Notes under the pieces: generated by a model
The model's database searches: none
Told to the model about the DNA's origin: nothing
What the model saw: the letters and a program-made list of their open reading frames with translations, nothing else
NCBI RefSeq assembly: GCF_018977255.1
Contig: NW_024704757.1
Span: 7,006,001 to 7,070,000, forward strand
DNA length: 64,000 nucleotides
Direction of reading: 5' to 3'
Source: Callorhinchus milii
Taxonomy: Eukaryota
Translations under genes and position numbers: made by a program
In this document: one piece after another, positions 11,001-21,000 of the stretch
Layout: every line of letters starts with the position of its first letter
Numbering within the stretch: the stretch's first letter is position 1

Positions 11001-12166
11001 GGATACAGTTCAAGATACTGATCCTCACCTACAAAGCCCTCCACGGCCTTGCTCCTCTCTACTTCTGTGACATCCTAACTCCCTACCAACCTGTCCCTCC
11101 CTCTGGTCAGTGTGCTCTGGCCACCTTCACCTCCCCTGTTTTGCCCGCCCACCATTGCTGGGCAGGCCTTCAGCCTCTCTGCCCTCACCCTCTGGAACTT
11201 CAGTCCACAGTTCCTCCGCCTCGCCCCCTCCATTGTCTCCTTCAAGACCCGTATCAATACCCACCTCTTCGACCGTGCCTTCGGTCACCCTCCTACCCCT
11301 AACCTCCGCGCCCTCCTGATCCTAACCACCAGCTCAGGTGCGGATCCCTGACTGTCCAGCGCTTTGGGATGTCATCCTGACATGAAAGGAGCTGGGTAAA
11401 TGTTATTTGTTGTTGTTTCAGGTGATGAAAGTGAAACTACAGCCAGCCTCGGGGACACAGCTTCCTGCCTTCAACCCCGTACTGCCCCCGCCCATCATCT
11501 CCCAGGTCATGCTCCTCGCTAACCCCCCCAAGGTGAGACACAGCCAGAGGTGGGCATGGGCATGTGACACAGTGATAACCTGACGTAGGTACCCACAAGC
11601 TGAATTCCCCCTTCCTGGCCTATCCCCTGGCTCAGCGCTGCCCACTTCATGCCAGTCCCAGGCTCAGATGGCATCAGCAGCCCTGGGAGAAGAGTGAAAT
11701 GTCTGTCCAGTGCCTTGGGACATCCTCCTGATGTGAACGATGCTGCGTAAATGTTTGCTGCTGTTCTGATCACTGTTCAGATACCACCCTCTCGGTTGGG
11801 CTCTGGTGCCCTGCTTCCCTCCCCTCCTCCAAAGGGAATGTGTGTTATCACAAGCTGTGTCCAGGGCACTGCCAGAGCCTACACAGTGGGTCAGACCCTT
11901 TAGTCCTGTTGTGACCACCTGCTGCCCGAGAGGTATACCTCAGAGAGCTTTGCACTCGGGCACTGTTTGGAATGTTGCAACGTCAGAATGTCTTCCTGGT
12001 TTCCTCTTGTCTGCTGACGTTTCTGATTGTTTTGTGTTTTTGCCTCTTTTCCCAGGAGAAGGTCCGCTTACGCTACAAGCTGATGTTCACGCTGGGCGAG
12101 CTGCCCGTCACCGAGGTGGGCGAGGTGGCAGACATTCCAGCAACTGCCTCCTGGGGCTCTCTCTGA
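2014..12166 (+). CDS. GGA2: Golgi-localized gamma-ear-containing ARF-binding protein (VHS-GAT-hinge-GAE), GGA2 orthologue by synteny; 17 coding exons
   Basis: Exons, all GT-AG and in frame: 2014-2050, 4610-4694, 4928-5003, 5151-5249, 5950-6073, 6282-6382, 6719-6799, 7075-7212, 7430-7511, 7687-7794, 8027-8167, 8363-8436, 8852-8982, 9746-9975, 10186-10355, 11422-11532, 12056-12166. Motifs: VHS (LESWLNKATDP...HKIQSPQE...[19 protein letters not shown]), GAT ([18 protein letters not shown]), GAE ([16 protein letters not shown]...EKVRLRYKL). GGA2-type details VLEMCMN and WTVW; located between EARS2 and COG7. Confidence 0.92.
2232..3410 (+). repeat. G/T-rich minisatellite (about 32 bp, gtgtgtcagggtgtgtgagagggtggggact) in GGA2 intron 1
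   Basis: Dozens of near-identical units are visible. Confidence 0.9.
3781..4065 (+). mobile_element. Partial copy of the unclassified hairpin-rich A-tailed element, interrupted or internally replaced by a CR1 3' end (about 3880-4005)
   Basis: Shares ctttggctct...cctgcgcctaatactttcc.gaattaggtaagcagg and gtcaagatacccggctggtaaaaaaa with the 20661-20970 copy. The middle carries the CR1 tail gggccgaatggcctccttgtgtgctg. Confidence 0.6.
5438..5810 (+). mobile_element. tRNA-headed Deu-type SINE (near full length), preceded by an inverted SINE 3' tail at 5341-5437
   Basis: Degenerate A/B boxes, central ttaggcaagtttccttactccacac, gctgtgtgcaattggctgc core, tail ...tatcaaatgg.cggattattatt. Confidence 0.8.
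6119..6236 (+). repeat. Dispersed ~70-bp tandem unit (ccactggagctctctactctaaccccattccctgctctctccccatcgtg)
   Basis: The same unit recurs at 22480-22650 (+) and 32465-32660 (-). Confidence 0.75.
9005..9475 (+). repeat. (TG)/(TC) compound microsatellite running into an assembly gap
   Basis: Visible tctctctgtcagtctgtgtgtg repeats. Confidence 0.9.
9476..9718. other. Assembly gap (N run)
   Basis: Ns. The flanking GGA2 exons join in frame (TG|G = Trp), so no missing exon is required. Confidence 0.99.
10506..10885 (+). mobile_element. Full-length tRNA(Ala-like)-derived Deu-type SINE
   Basis: A box TAGCTCAGTGG, B box GGTTCGATTCC, anticodon arm CTCGC-CTCGCAA-GCGAG, central cagcagtaaataggaacc, Deu-like gctgtgcacaattggc core, L2-like tail ggcgctatattaaatgcaagg + (AAT)n. 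Confidence 0.85.
10960..11420 (+). mobile_element. L2 LINE 3' fragment (end of ORF2 plus tail)
   Basis: Translates to [32 protein letters not shown], the typical L2 ORF2 C-terminus; (TGT)n tail. Confidence 0.85.
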
Positions 12167-13490
12167 CCGGCCGGTACGGCATGGCACAGCTCCTGCCAGT
12201 GGGTACGGCACAGCCTCCACATGGCACAGGGGCTGCCTCAGCTCTCTCTTCTTGCGCGGTGGGCATTGCAGTACATTGTATGCGGGATTGAGAGGGGGAC
12301 TGATTGGATGCTGGTCAGGGTTACAATGGATGGTAGGGAGGAAGTGGGTAGGTGGTATCTGACTTATCTTGTGGAAACCCGTAGCTCAGTAGTGCTTGCC
12401 TCATAAGTGAGAGGACCCAGGTTTGATTCCCAGGCGAGATGAAACCATAGGCAATTTTCTTTCCTCCACACGCCTTTGTTCACCTAACAGTAAGTGGGAA
12501 CTCGGTAGTTAGTCGATTGGTGGATCGCTTTCCAGGGGTGGTAATCCCTCCAAAAAATAATAATTTGGTATAGGTATCAGTCAGCAGTACAAACCCCAGT
12601 GATCTGTCCACACTCCCAGGTCAGGTAAAGCTCCCTCCCTCTACGCTGTCCGTCCACACTCCCAAGTTAGAGATGGAGTAATGCTTCCTCTACATTGTCC
12701 CAAAAATGTGCCTTAGCCCCAATCTCAGAAGAGTCTGACTATGGTTGTGCAGTGGGAATGCGCTCCTTAGGACATGGGATGAGATGGGGCTTTACCTCCT
12801 TCCTCTGGATTCCCCTGTGACCGAGCTCATTGCTCCAGAGATGTGTCCCATTGTGTAACCCATAGTCCCGTTTTGGTCACCGCCCAGGAATTCCTACAAG
12901 ATGGAATGGCCTTGCCTGCTGTGCTGGGAGCGGGTGTAATTCCGAGCGCTGTGAGGCTGGAGACGAGAGTCGTTTGATGCAGGGCAGTACAAAGAGCCAC
13001 ATTTTCCGAGCACGATGCAGATAACAATCACACATCCAGAGGCACAGCCACCGCGGGTGTGAAAACTGAAGGAAGAAACAGCAAATGAAGGTAGAAGATA
13101 TTTATATTTTTGTAGCCAACGAATCTGCAATAACATTAGTTGGGCAGGTTTAAAGTTTTGATTTACCTTAAAGATTTACTGATTGTGTATAAGGTTTTGA
13201 GAGAGGGAGAGATTTATACACAGAGGGTTTACATGTTTGAGTCGTGGGCTGATTGTTTTGGGGATAATTAACTATTGATTTGAATAAATGTGCAATAATT
13301 GTGCCAGGAATCAGTCGACAAGTGACTTGCGGCTGCTGCCCAAAGATCTGCAGCTCCCCTGGTTTGCAGCCTTGTTCTTGGGGATGGGGAGGGTTTTCTC
13401 ACAGAGTATATTGCCTGTTTTGTTTTATTGCTGTCTTGCACAGAAATGGGATGTTACTGTCACTCTTGATCTGTTCAGTTTTATATTAAA

Positions 13491-13496
13491 AATAAA
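13491..13496 (+). terminator. Probable GGA2 polyadenylation signal (alternative at 13283-13288)
   Basis: AATAAA at the end of an AT-rich, UTR-like region, followed by GT-rich sequence. Confidence 0.55.
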
Positions 13497-14059
13497 TGTT
13501 TCTTCTGGTTAAAAGCTTGTGATGTGTGGAGTCTGTTCACGACCCCAGAATATACACAAATACGTCTCGAGTTAGAAATACAACAACAACTTGCATTTAC
13601 TCAGCGCCCCTCATGCAGGGTAGCGTCTCAGAGCGTTTGACAGTAGCAGAGCACGAGGCCGAGCCGGTGGGGGGGGTGACCGTGCACCACGGTGGAAGAG
13701 GAAGGTCCTCAAGAGTGACCTGAAGATGGGACAAGGCAGAGGGGTCAAGGGAGAGTGTTCCAGAGTTTTGGGTGAGTGGTTGAAAGCACGGTTGCTGATG
13801 ATGGAACGGAGGGCACGAAGGACAGTGTGGCCCGGAGTCCTGCCCAGGGACACTGAGGCCCATTGTAACTCAGCACAGCGAGAGGGAGAGAGAACGGGGT
13901 CAGTGCTGGCCTGGGCAGTGACATCACCCCCTGTGCTGTTAAGCGCGACAAGCGAGAAAATTTCAAAAACAAAAAAATCCAGGCACCAAATGACCCCAAT
14001 TTAGTTTTAAAAATCCCTTGGTAGCTTGTTTTCAGCTCCATGGTAACAAGCGACCAGCT

Positions 14060-14320
14060 GCCCTCCTTTACAAAGATGGCGGCCAAGCCATCAGTTTACG
14101 GAGCTGCCCTTTACAAAAGATGGCGGCCGAGCCATCAGTTTACGGCGCTGCCCTTTACGAAGATGGCGGCCGAACCATCAGTTTACGGCCTTTTTACAAA
14201 GATGGCGGACGAGCCACCGATTTACGGCGCTGCCCTTTACAAAGATGGCGGCAGGGCAGTTTTGTTTTGCCAGCCTCAGTGTATGCCGCTCTCCTTTACC
14301 AAGATGGCGGCGGCGCTCGT
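14060..14320 (+). promoter_or_regulatory. Probable COG7 promoter/5' region: CpG-rich ~43-bp tandem repeat with six YY1 motifs (AAGATGGCGG)
   Basis: AAGATGGCGG starts at 14073, 14117, 14160, 14199, 14242 and 14301. The region is CpG-rich and lies between the GGA2 polyA signal and the COG7 ATG. Confidence 0.7.
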
Positions 14321-15217
14321 CAGCCTGGTGCAGCTGTTCCGGTTGCGTGGCCGCTGTGGAGTCAGGCGGAGGCTTCAGGTTCGAATACACATACATATTT
14401 CTGTGGGGTTTGAGGGGGGAGTGGGGGCTGAGGCTGGGGGGAGAACCCAGGAGGAGAGGCCGGAACATTAGTCAGGGAGTCGTGCCAGGCCGGGGGTGAC
14501 ACTCCCTCAGCCACAGATAAGGCCCCCCACTGGGCTGAGAGTGACAACAACAACAACAATAAGCCTTGTATTTGATACAGCGCCTTCTCTCGGCTCCTCG
14601 AGACGTCTCAAAGCGCTTCACAGCATATACTGTAAAGCGAATTGACTGTATATTTTTGTGGGTGAAACGCGGCAGCCAATTGCGCACAGCGGCGTCCCCG
14701 CAAGCAGTCGTGGGTTGAGCGACCACATTATTATTCTTTTTTAAGGGATTATTACCCTTCAAAAAGGAACCAGGGGCTGTCGGCCACCCGCGGAGATTTC
14801 CCCCGGGTCTAGGTAGGAATGCACACTCTCTCTCTCTCTCTGGAGGGGCGCCCTCTGCACCCAGCTGGTCAAACTCTAATGCTCAGTTAGTGTCTGTAAC
14901 CTGTGCTGAGATCTTTCTTCATGTCTTGTCTCAAGACCCTCCTCTTCGACTGGGCCTTAGTCACCCTCCTAACCCCACCCTCACTACCCTCCACCCTTCC
15001 TGATCCCAACCCCCAGCTCAGGTCCAAACCGTTGACTGTTCACCGCATTGGGACGTCCTCCCAACGTGAAAGGTACTGTGTAAGTGTAATTTATTGTTCT
15101 TTTATATAGGTCTGAATAGTGAAGCCCACAGCCACAACTACATTGCATGTCTGTGGAGAGAGGTTTAATCCTTGTGAGAGGGGTGGGGAGGGATCGGGGA
15201 AATAGGACGTCGAGAAA

Positions 15218-18064
15218 ATGGATTTCTCAAAGTTCCTGGACGACAACTTTGAGGTGAAGGATTGGGTGAACGGAGCATTCCAGGCGGTGCAGAAAGACGG
15301 GACAGGAAAGGTGGACAGTCACGCTGCTACGCTGGTCATGAAACTGCAGCTTTTCATCCAGGAGGTCAACAACGCCATTGAAGGTTCGTTTGCCCCTTGT
15401 TTCTGGTTATTCTCCCAACAACAGCCCCCTGCTTGCTTTCTTTTGGTTACTGAGGCCAGATTGGAATTGAGGTACAGGTCAGTCATGATCTTACAGAGTG
15501 TCGGAACAGGTTTGAGGGGCTGAACGGCCTACTCCTGTTCCTAAATAAAACTACTCGAAAGGGAACTGGATGCCAGATAGATAGTAATAATAATAATGTG
15601 TGTTTCTCACATCAGGAGAAAGTCTTAAAGTTGGCATTGATACCGGACACCGTGGGCAGTGCCCGTCCAGATTATTTTCCTAATTGGAGCCACATGTGGA
15701 GTCCTGTAGCATAGTGGTTAGCACAGTCGCCTCTAGTGGGAGGACCTGGGTTAGATTCCCAGGCAGGACTAAGGCGAACTGGATGGACCTAGATCTTTTT
15801 TCATCCAGCAATTCCTACGTTCCTAATGTTAAGCTTGTGTGACTACGGCTCTCCCCCTCTCTCTCTCCCCCCACCCTCTCTCTCTCTCTCTCTCTCTCTC
15901 ACACCCTCTCTCTCCCTCTCTCACGCGCTCTCTTCCATGTCACACAGAAACCAGTCACCAGGCGCTGCAGAACATGCCCCGTGCCCTGAGGGATGTGGAG
16001 GCTCTGAAGCAGGAGGCTTCCTTCCTAAAGGACCAAATGATCCTTGTGAAAGAAGACATTCGGAAATTTGAGCAAGAGACAGCGCAGTCCATGCAGGTAC
16101 CGGGGCCAAGCACTCGCCTTTCCAATTGAGCTGCAGGAGGGAATCTATTCTGTCGGACAATATTTTTTTTTTCGCCCAGTCTGAAACCCATCACCATGTT
16201 ACAGAATCTCCAAACCAAGCTGAAAATTCCATGCAAAATCCCATCTACACATGGAAATCCCAGAGATAGATTGTTGGGATGGAATGTGCTCTCTCTCTCT
16301 CTCTCTCTCTCCCTGGAGGGATGCATTCTGCTTACCTAATTCCAGAGAGAATTAGGCGCATGTTGCCAAGAGCCAAGGCTTGGAGCCCAGAGTGTGCGTT
16401 GGGGTAACTGCTGGAGTCTAACCAGCTAACATCTCATGGCTTGCCATTGAGAGCATTGTGGCAAGCTTTCCCACTGCTTGTCCTGCTAGGACCAACCTAC
16501 CCATTAGAGCTTTGACTTGCGGAGTTAACAGGAGCTGAGTGGGAGGATTCCCTGCTCTCAGTGACTGGTGTGACTGGTATCGGTGTGTGATGTGAGCTGT
16601 GCTGAGTGTGTGATGACTGTGCTGTGTGACCCAGGTGCTGGTGGAGATTGATGAGGTGAAGTCCCGGATGCAGGCGGCAGCCGATGCCCTACAGGAGGCC
16701 GATAAGTGGAGCACGCTGAGTGCTGACATCGAGGAGACGTTCAAGACACAGGCAATTTATTTTTGTTTTGGAAGGATGATTACCCCTGGAAAAGCGATCC
16801 GCCAATCGACTAACAACCGGGTTCCTACTTACTGCTGGGTAAACAGAGGCATGTGGAGTAAGGAAACTTGCCTAAGGTTTCACTCCATCTGGGAATCGAA
16901 TCCAGATCCTCTCGCTTGCAAGCGAGCGCTCTAACCACTACGCTACGATTCTCCTTGTAAAGATGGAGGTGATGGGGCGCACCCAGTGGGAGGTGTTGGG
17001 GAGCTCTCTGTGTACACAGTGACCACAATTGACTGACGCCTGACTTACCTGCAGGATGTAGCTACGATCTCAGCCAAGCTGACGAGTATGCAGAGCAGCC
17101 TGGCCATGCTGGCGGATACCCCCGACTACTCCGAGAAGTGCGTCCACCTGGAGGCGCTAAAGAACCGCCTGGAGGCGCTCGCCAGTCCTCAGATCGTAGC
17201 TGCCTTCAACTCGCAGTCTGTGGGTGAGGCACTGCGCAGCGCGGGCTAGTGGGGCTGACGTCTGTGCCATCGGGGAACCAGCCCCTGGCGGTGACACTGT
17301 CCCATCAGGGGAACCAGCCTCTGGGGGTGACACTGTCCCATCAGGGGAACCAGCCCCTGGGGGTGACACTGTCCCATCAGGGGAACCAGCCCCTGGGGGT
17401 GACACTGTCCCATCAGGGGAACCAGCCCCTGGGGGTGACACTGTCCCATCAGGGGAACCAGCCCCTGGGGGTGACACTGTCCCATCAGGGGAACCAGCCC
17501 CTGGGGGTGACACTGTCCCATCAGGGGAACCAGCCCCTGGGGGTGACACTGTCCCATCAGGGGAACCAGCCCCTGGGGGTGACACTGTCCCATCAGGGGA
17601 ACCAGCCCCTGGGGGTGACACTGTCCCATCAGGGGAACCAGCCCCTGGGGGTGACACTGTCCCATCAGGGGAACCAGCCCCTGGGGGTGACACTGTCCCA
17701 TCAGGGGAACCAGCCCCTGGGGGTGACACTGTGCGGTGCAGTGATTCCTGGCTGACAATCCCGCCTGGATGTCGGCGGTTACAAAATGTGTTGAATTTGT
17801 TGCACATTTGTTTGGCTGCACAGCACACAGTCACTACACGTCACAGTGAATTCTGGGAAGAGTGGGAGGAGCGAGTCGAGGTTCTGTGTAAGGCGGTGTC
17901 AGTCAGGTCATTGACTCGGTGTGGAGCAGCCAGAAAACCAGCAGGGGGCAGCAGCACACTTACTGAGGCTCAGACTGACGCTCATTGCACTGTAGCCTTA
18001 AACATCGATGCCCGTCGAGTGCAGTGACTGCTTTTATGTACGGCAATTTACACGCGCAAGTTCC

Positions 18065-18095
<31 letters not shown>

Positions 18096-21000
18096 ACACA
18101 CACACGCAGGCCCACAAGGTGAAGGACACCTGCTTTATTTCATCGTTTCAGCCTCAGAAACTGTCAGCTGGAGACCCTTCCCACCGTGCACCATGATGTC
18201 GTGGGTTCCCAATCCACACCAGGAATCTGCTGCTCACACAGACTGACACAGTTATAATCCTTGCATTTGAATAGAGCACCTCATCACGTCATTGAGACTT
18301 CTTAAAGAGCTTCACAGGATACACTGTAAATCGGAGTGACTGTATATTTTGTGGACGAAGCTACATGCTGCAGTGAAGCCTGAGAAGCGCTTTGAGATGG
18401 CCTCCCAATATGAAAGGCACTGTATTAAACACAAATGTAATTTTTTAGGATCAATATAATAAGCGTAAGGTGTTGAGACTGGTGAGGAGCAGGACTAGAG
18501 AGGACTGTATGTTTTATGTGCCTTCAAATACTGAGGGAAGCCCCACAAGGTGCAACCTGTCAGATGAGACGTTAAATCGCCTCTGGTCTGCCCTGATCCC
18601 GGTGCTTTAGGCGGGGCGCGAAGCGGGGAGGGAAAGAAATTGCTGAAACAGACGGCAGGTGGTCGGAGAGAAGGGAGGGAGGGAGGTGGGTGGAGGGGGG
18701 GAGTGAGATGTGCTGATTGACCCCTGTCGCTGTGTATTACAGAGCAGGCCAAGCTCTTCGTGAAGGTGTTTGTGGAGATTGACCGACGGCCGCAGCTGTT
18801 GACGTATTATTACAAGTGTCACAAGGTCAGTCACCGCCTCCTGCTCATAGTGTTCCTCACACTGTAAAGGGGCTGGTGGGGGTGGGTGAGAGGGTGGGGG
18901 GAGCATTCATTGTATGGGATGGTTGGGTTTAGGTGGGTGATGGGGAGGGGTTGGGGGATGGTTTGTGTGGGTAGTTGGATTAGGTAGGTGGTGGGGTGGT
19001 TCTTGAGGAGAGTGTGGGGGATGGGGATGTATTTGTTTGGTGATGTGGGGTTTTGGGGGTGGTTGGTGATATGGATGGTTGGGGGGGTGGTTGGCGTGGT
19101 GGTTGGTGATGTGGGGGTGTGGTTGGGGATGTGGGTGGTTGGCGTGGTGGTTGGTGATGTGGGGGTGTGGTTGGGGATGTGGGTGGTTGGGTTGACCGTG
19201 TGGTTTATTGACTGGTTGATTGGCGTCACTTCCCCAGGGCCAGTTGCTGTGTGTGTGGCAGGAGTTGGCACAGAGTGAGACCAGGCTGGAGCACCAGCTG
19301 ACGGAATTCTACGATACCCTCCTGGCAACGTGGCACACACAGCTTCAGTGGACCAATCAGGTAAGGCTCTCTGAGCCGGGCACAGCTCGCTGACTCCGGT
19401 TTATTGTTACAGGCTCTGCTGTCCTCCAATTGGCTGCCATGTTTGCCGACAAATACACAGTTACTACACCTGAGTATACACCTAATTCCCCGGGATCTGT
19501 GAAAAGGGGGAGTGAGACTCTGATGACAGTTGCCAAATGTGATATATAACCTAGTACAGTCACTCCCCGCCCCCCCCATTATCACATTATGCCCTTTTTT
19601 CTAATAATGTTAATCCTTTGAAGCAACAGTGCATTTGAAGCAGCGTCTTAACATGTCTTCGAGATGCCTCAAAGCGCTTCACAAAGTATACGGTGAAGTG
19701 TCTTGACCGTGGACGAAACACTGCAGCCAATTGCTCACAGCAGCATCCCCACAAACAGTGGTGGATTGAGTGACCAAATTATTAATATTTTTTTTGAAAA
19801 TTTGTTTTTTTGGAGGAATTATTATCCCCAGAAAAGCAATCCGCCAATCGACTAACAACTAAGTTCCTACTTATGGCTCGGTAAACAGAGATGTGTTGAG
19901 TAAGGAAATTTGCCCAACATTTCAATTTATTGTAATAATAATCCTTGCATTTGATATAGCGCCTGATCATGTCGTTGAGATGTCTCAAAGCGCTTCACAG
20001 AATATGCTTATAAAGTGCAGTGACTGTATTATGTGTACGAGACGTGGTAGGCAATAGCGCACAGCAGCTTCCAATAAACAGTCGTGGATTGATTGACTAC
20101 ATTATTTTCATGGTGTTCCCATATTCTCAAAGCAGCAATGGGACAACGTGTTGACAATTCCCCACCCGGCTCAGCTAAGATCAGCTCAGCTCACACACAG
20201 AATGAGTCATTAACTATGAGCGAACGGCTCATTTGCAGTTTGTTTGATTACGATCTGCAGCTGGTTACCGGCTGTGCCGACCAGCCCTCGACTCTCACTG
20301 GTCCTGAACCACCCAGTGATCTGCTTCTGTCTCGCTCACTCACCTCGCTCACTTGTTCTCTCTGATTCACTTAAAAGCGCTATATCAAATGCAAGGATTA
20401 TTATTATTATTATTATTATTTATCTCCCTCATTCATTCTCTCTCTCTTTCACTAACTATCTCATTCACTCTTGTGTTTCGCCCTCAAAATAATAGGTCAC
20501 TTCACTTTACAGTATATTCTGGGAAGCGCTTTGAGACGTCTTGAAGACGTGATAAGGTGCTGTTTCAATGCAAAGGTTATTATTATTATTATTTGTCTTT
20601 CTCTCACTCTCACACAGTTTCCTTTTTTTTTTCTTTTCCATGCTTGCCAGACAGTGATATCAATGTCAAGCTAAATGGTTTTAGCCGGTTAGACTCCAGC
20701 AGTTACCCCAACACACACTCTGGGCTCCCTCCAAGCTTTGGCTCTGGCCAACCTGCGCCTAATACTTTCCGGAATTGGGTAAGCAGGGGCCCTCCCTCCA
20801 GGGAGAGAGAGAGAGGGAGAGAGAGAGTGTACATCCCATCCCAACTATCTATCGCTGGGATTTCCATGTGAAGGTGGGAGGTGTGGAATTCTCAGTTGGG
20901 TTTGGAGACTCGTAAGCAACGGTGATAGGTTTCCGTGTGTGTCAAGACACCCGACTGGCCAAAAAATAATGCTCTCCCTTTCACTCTCGAAGTGTGTGTG

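Noticed and set aside
14040-14471. 143-aa ORF with KMAAEP repeats as a novel gene
   Set aside because: It is the translation of the YY1-motif tandem repeat, with no domain similarity or splice structure.
17272-17731. 36-bp direct repeats as a CRISPR array or collagen-like/repeat protein
   Set aside because: No unique spacers, no cas genes, eukaryotic intron; the ORFs arise from the 36-bp period.
20160-20200. Fragment resembling an ancient conserved SINE core (gctaagatcagctcagctca)
   Set aside because: Too short to classify by eye.
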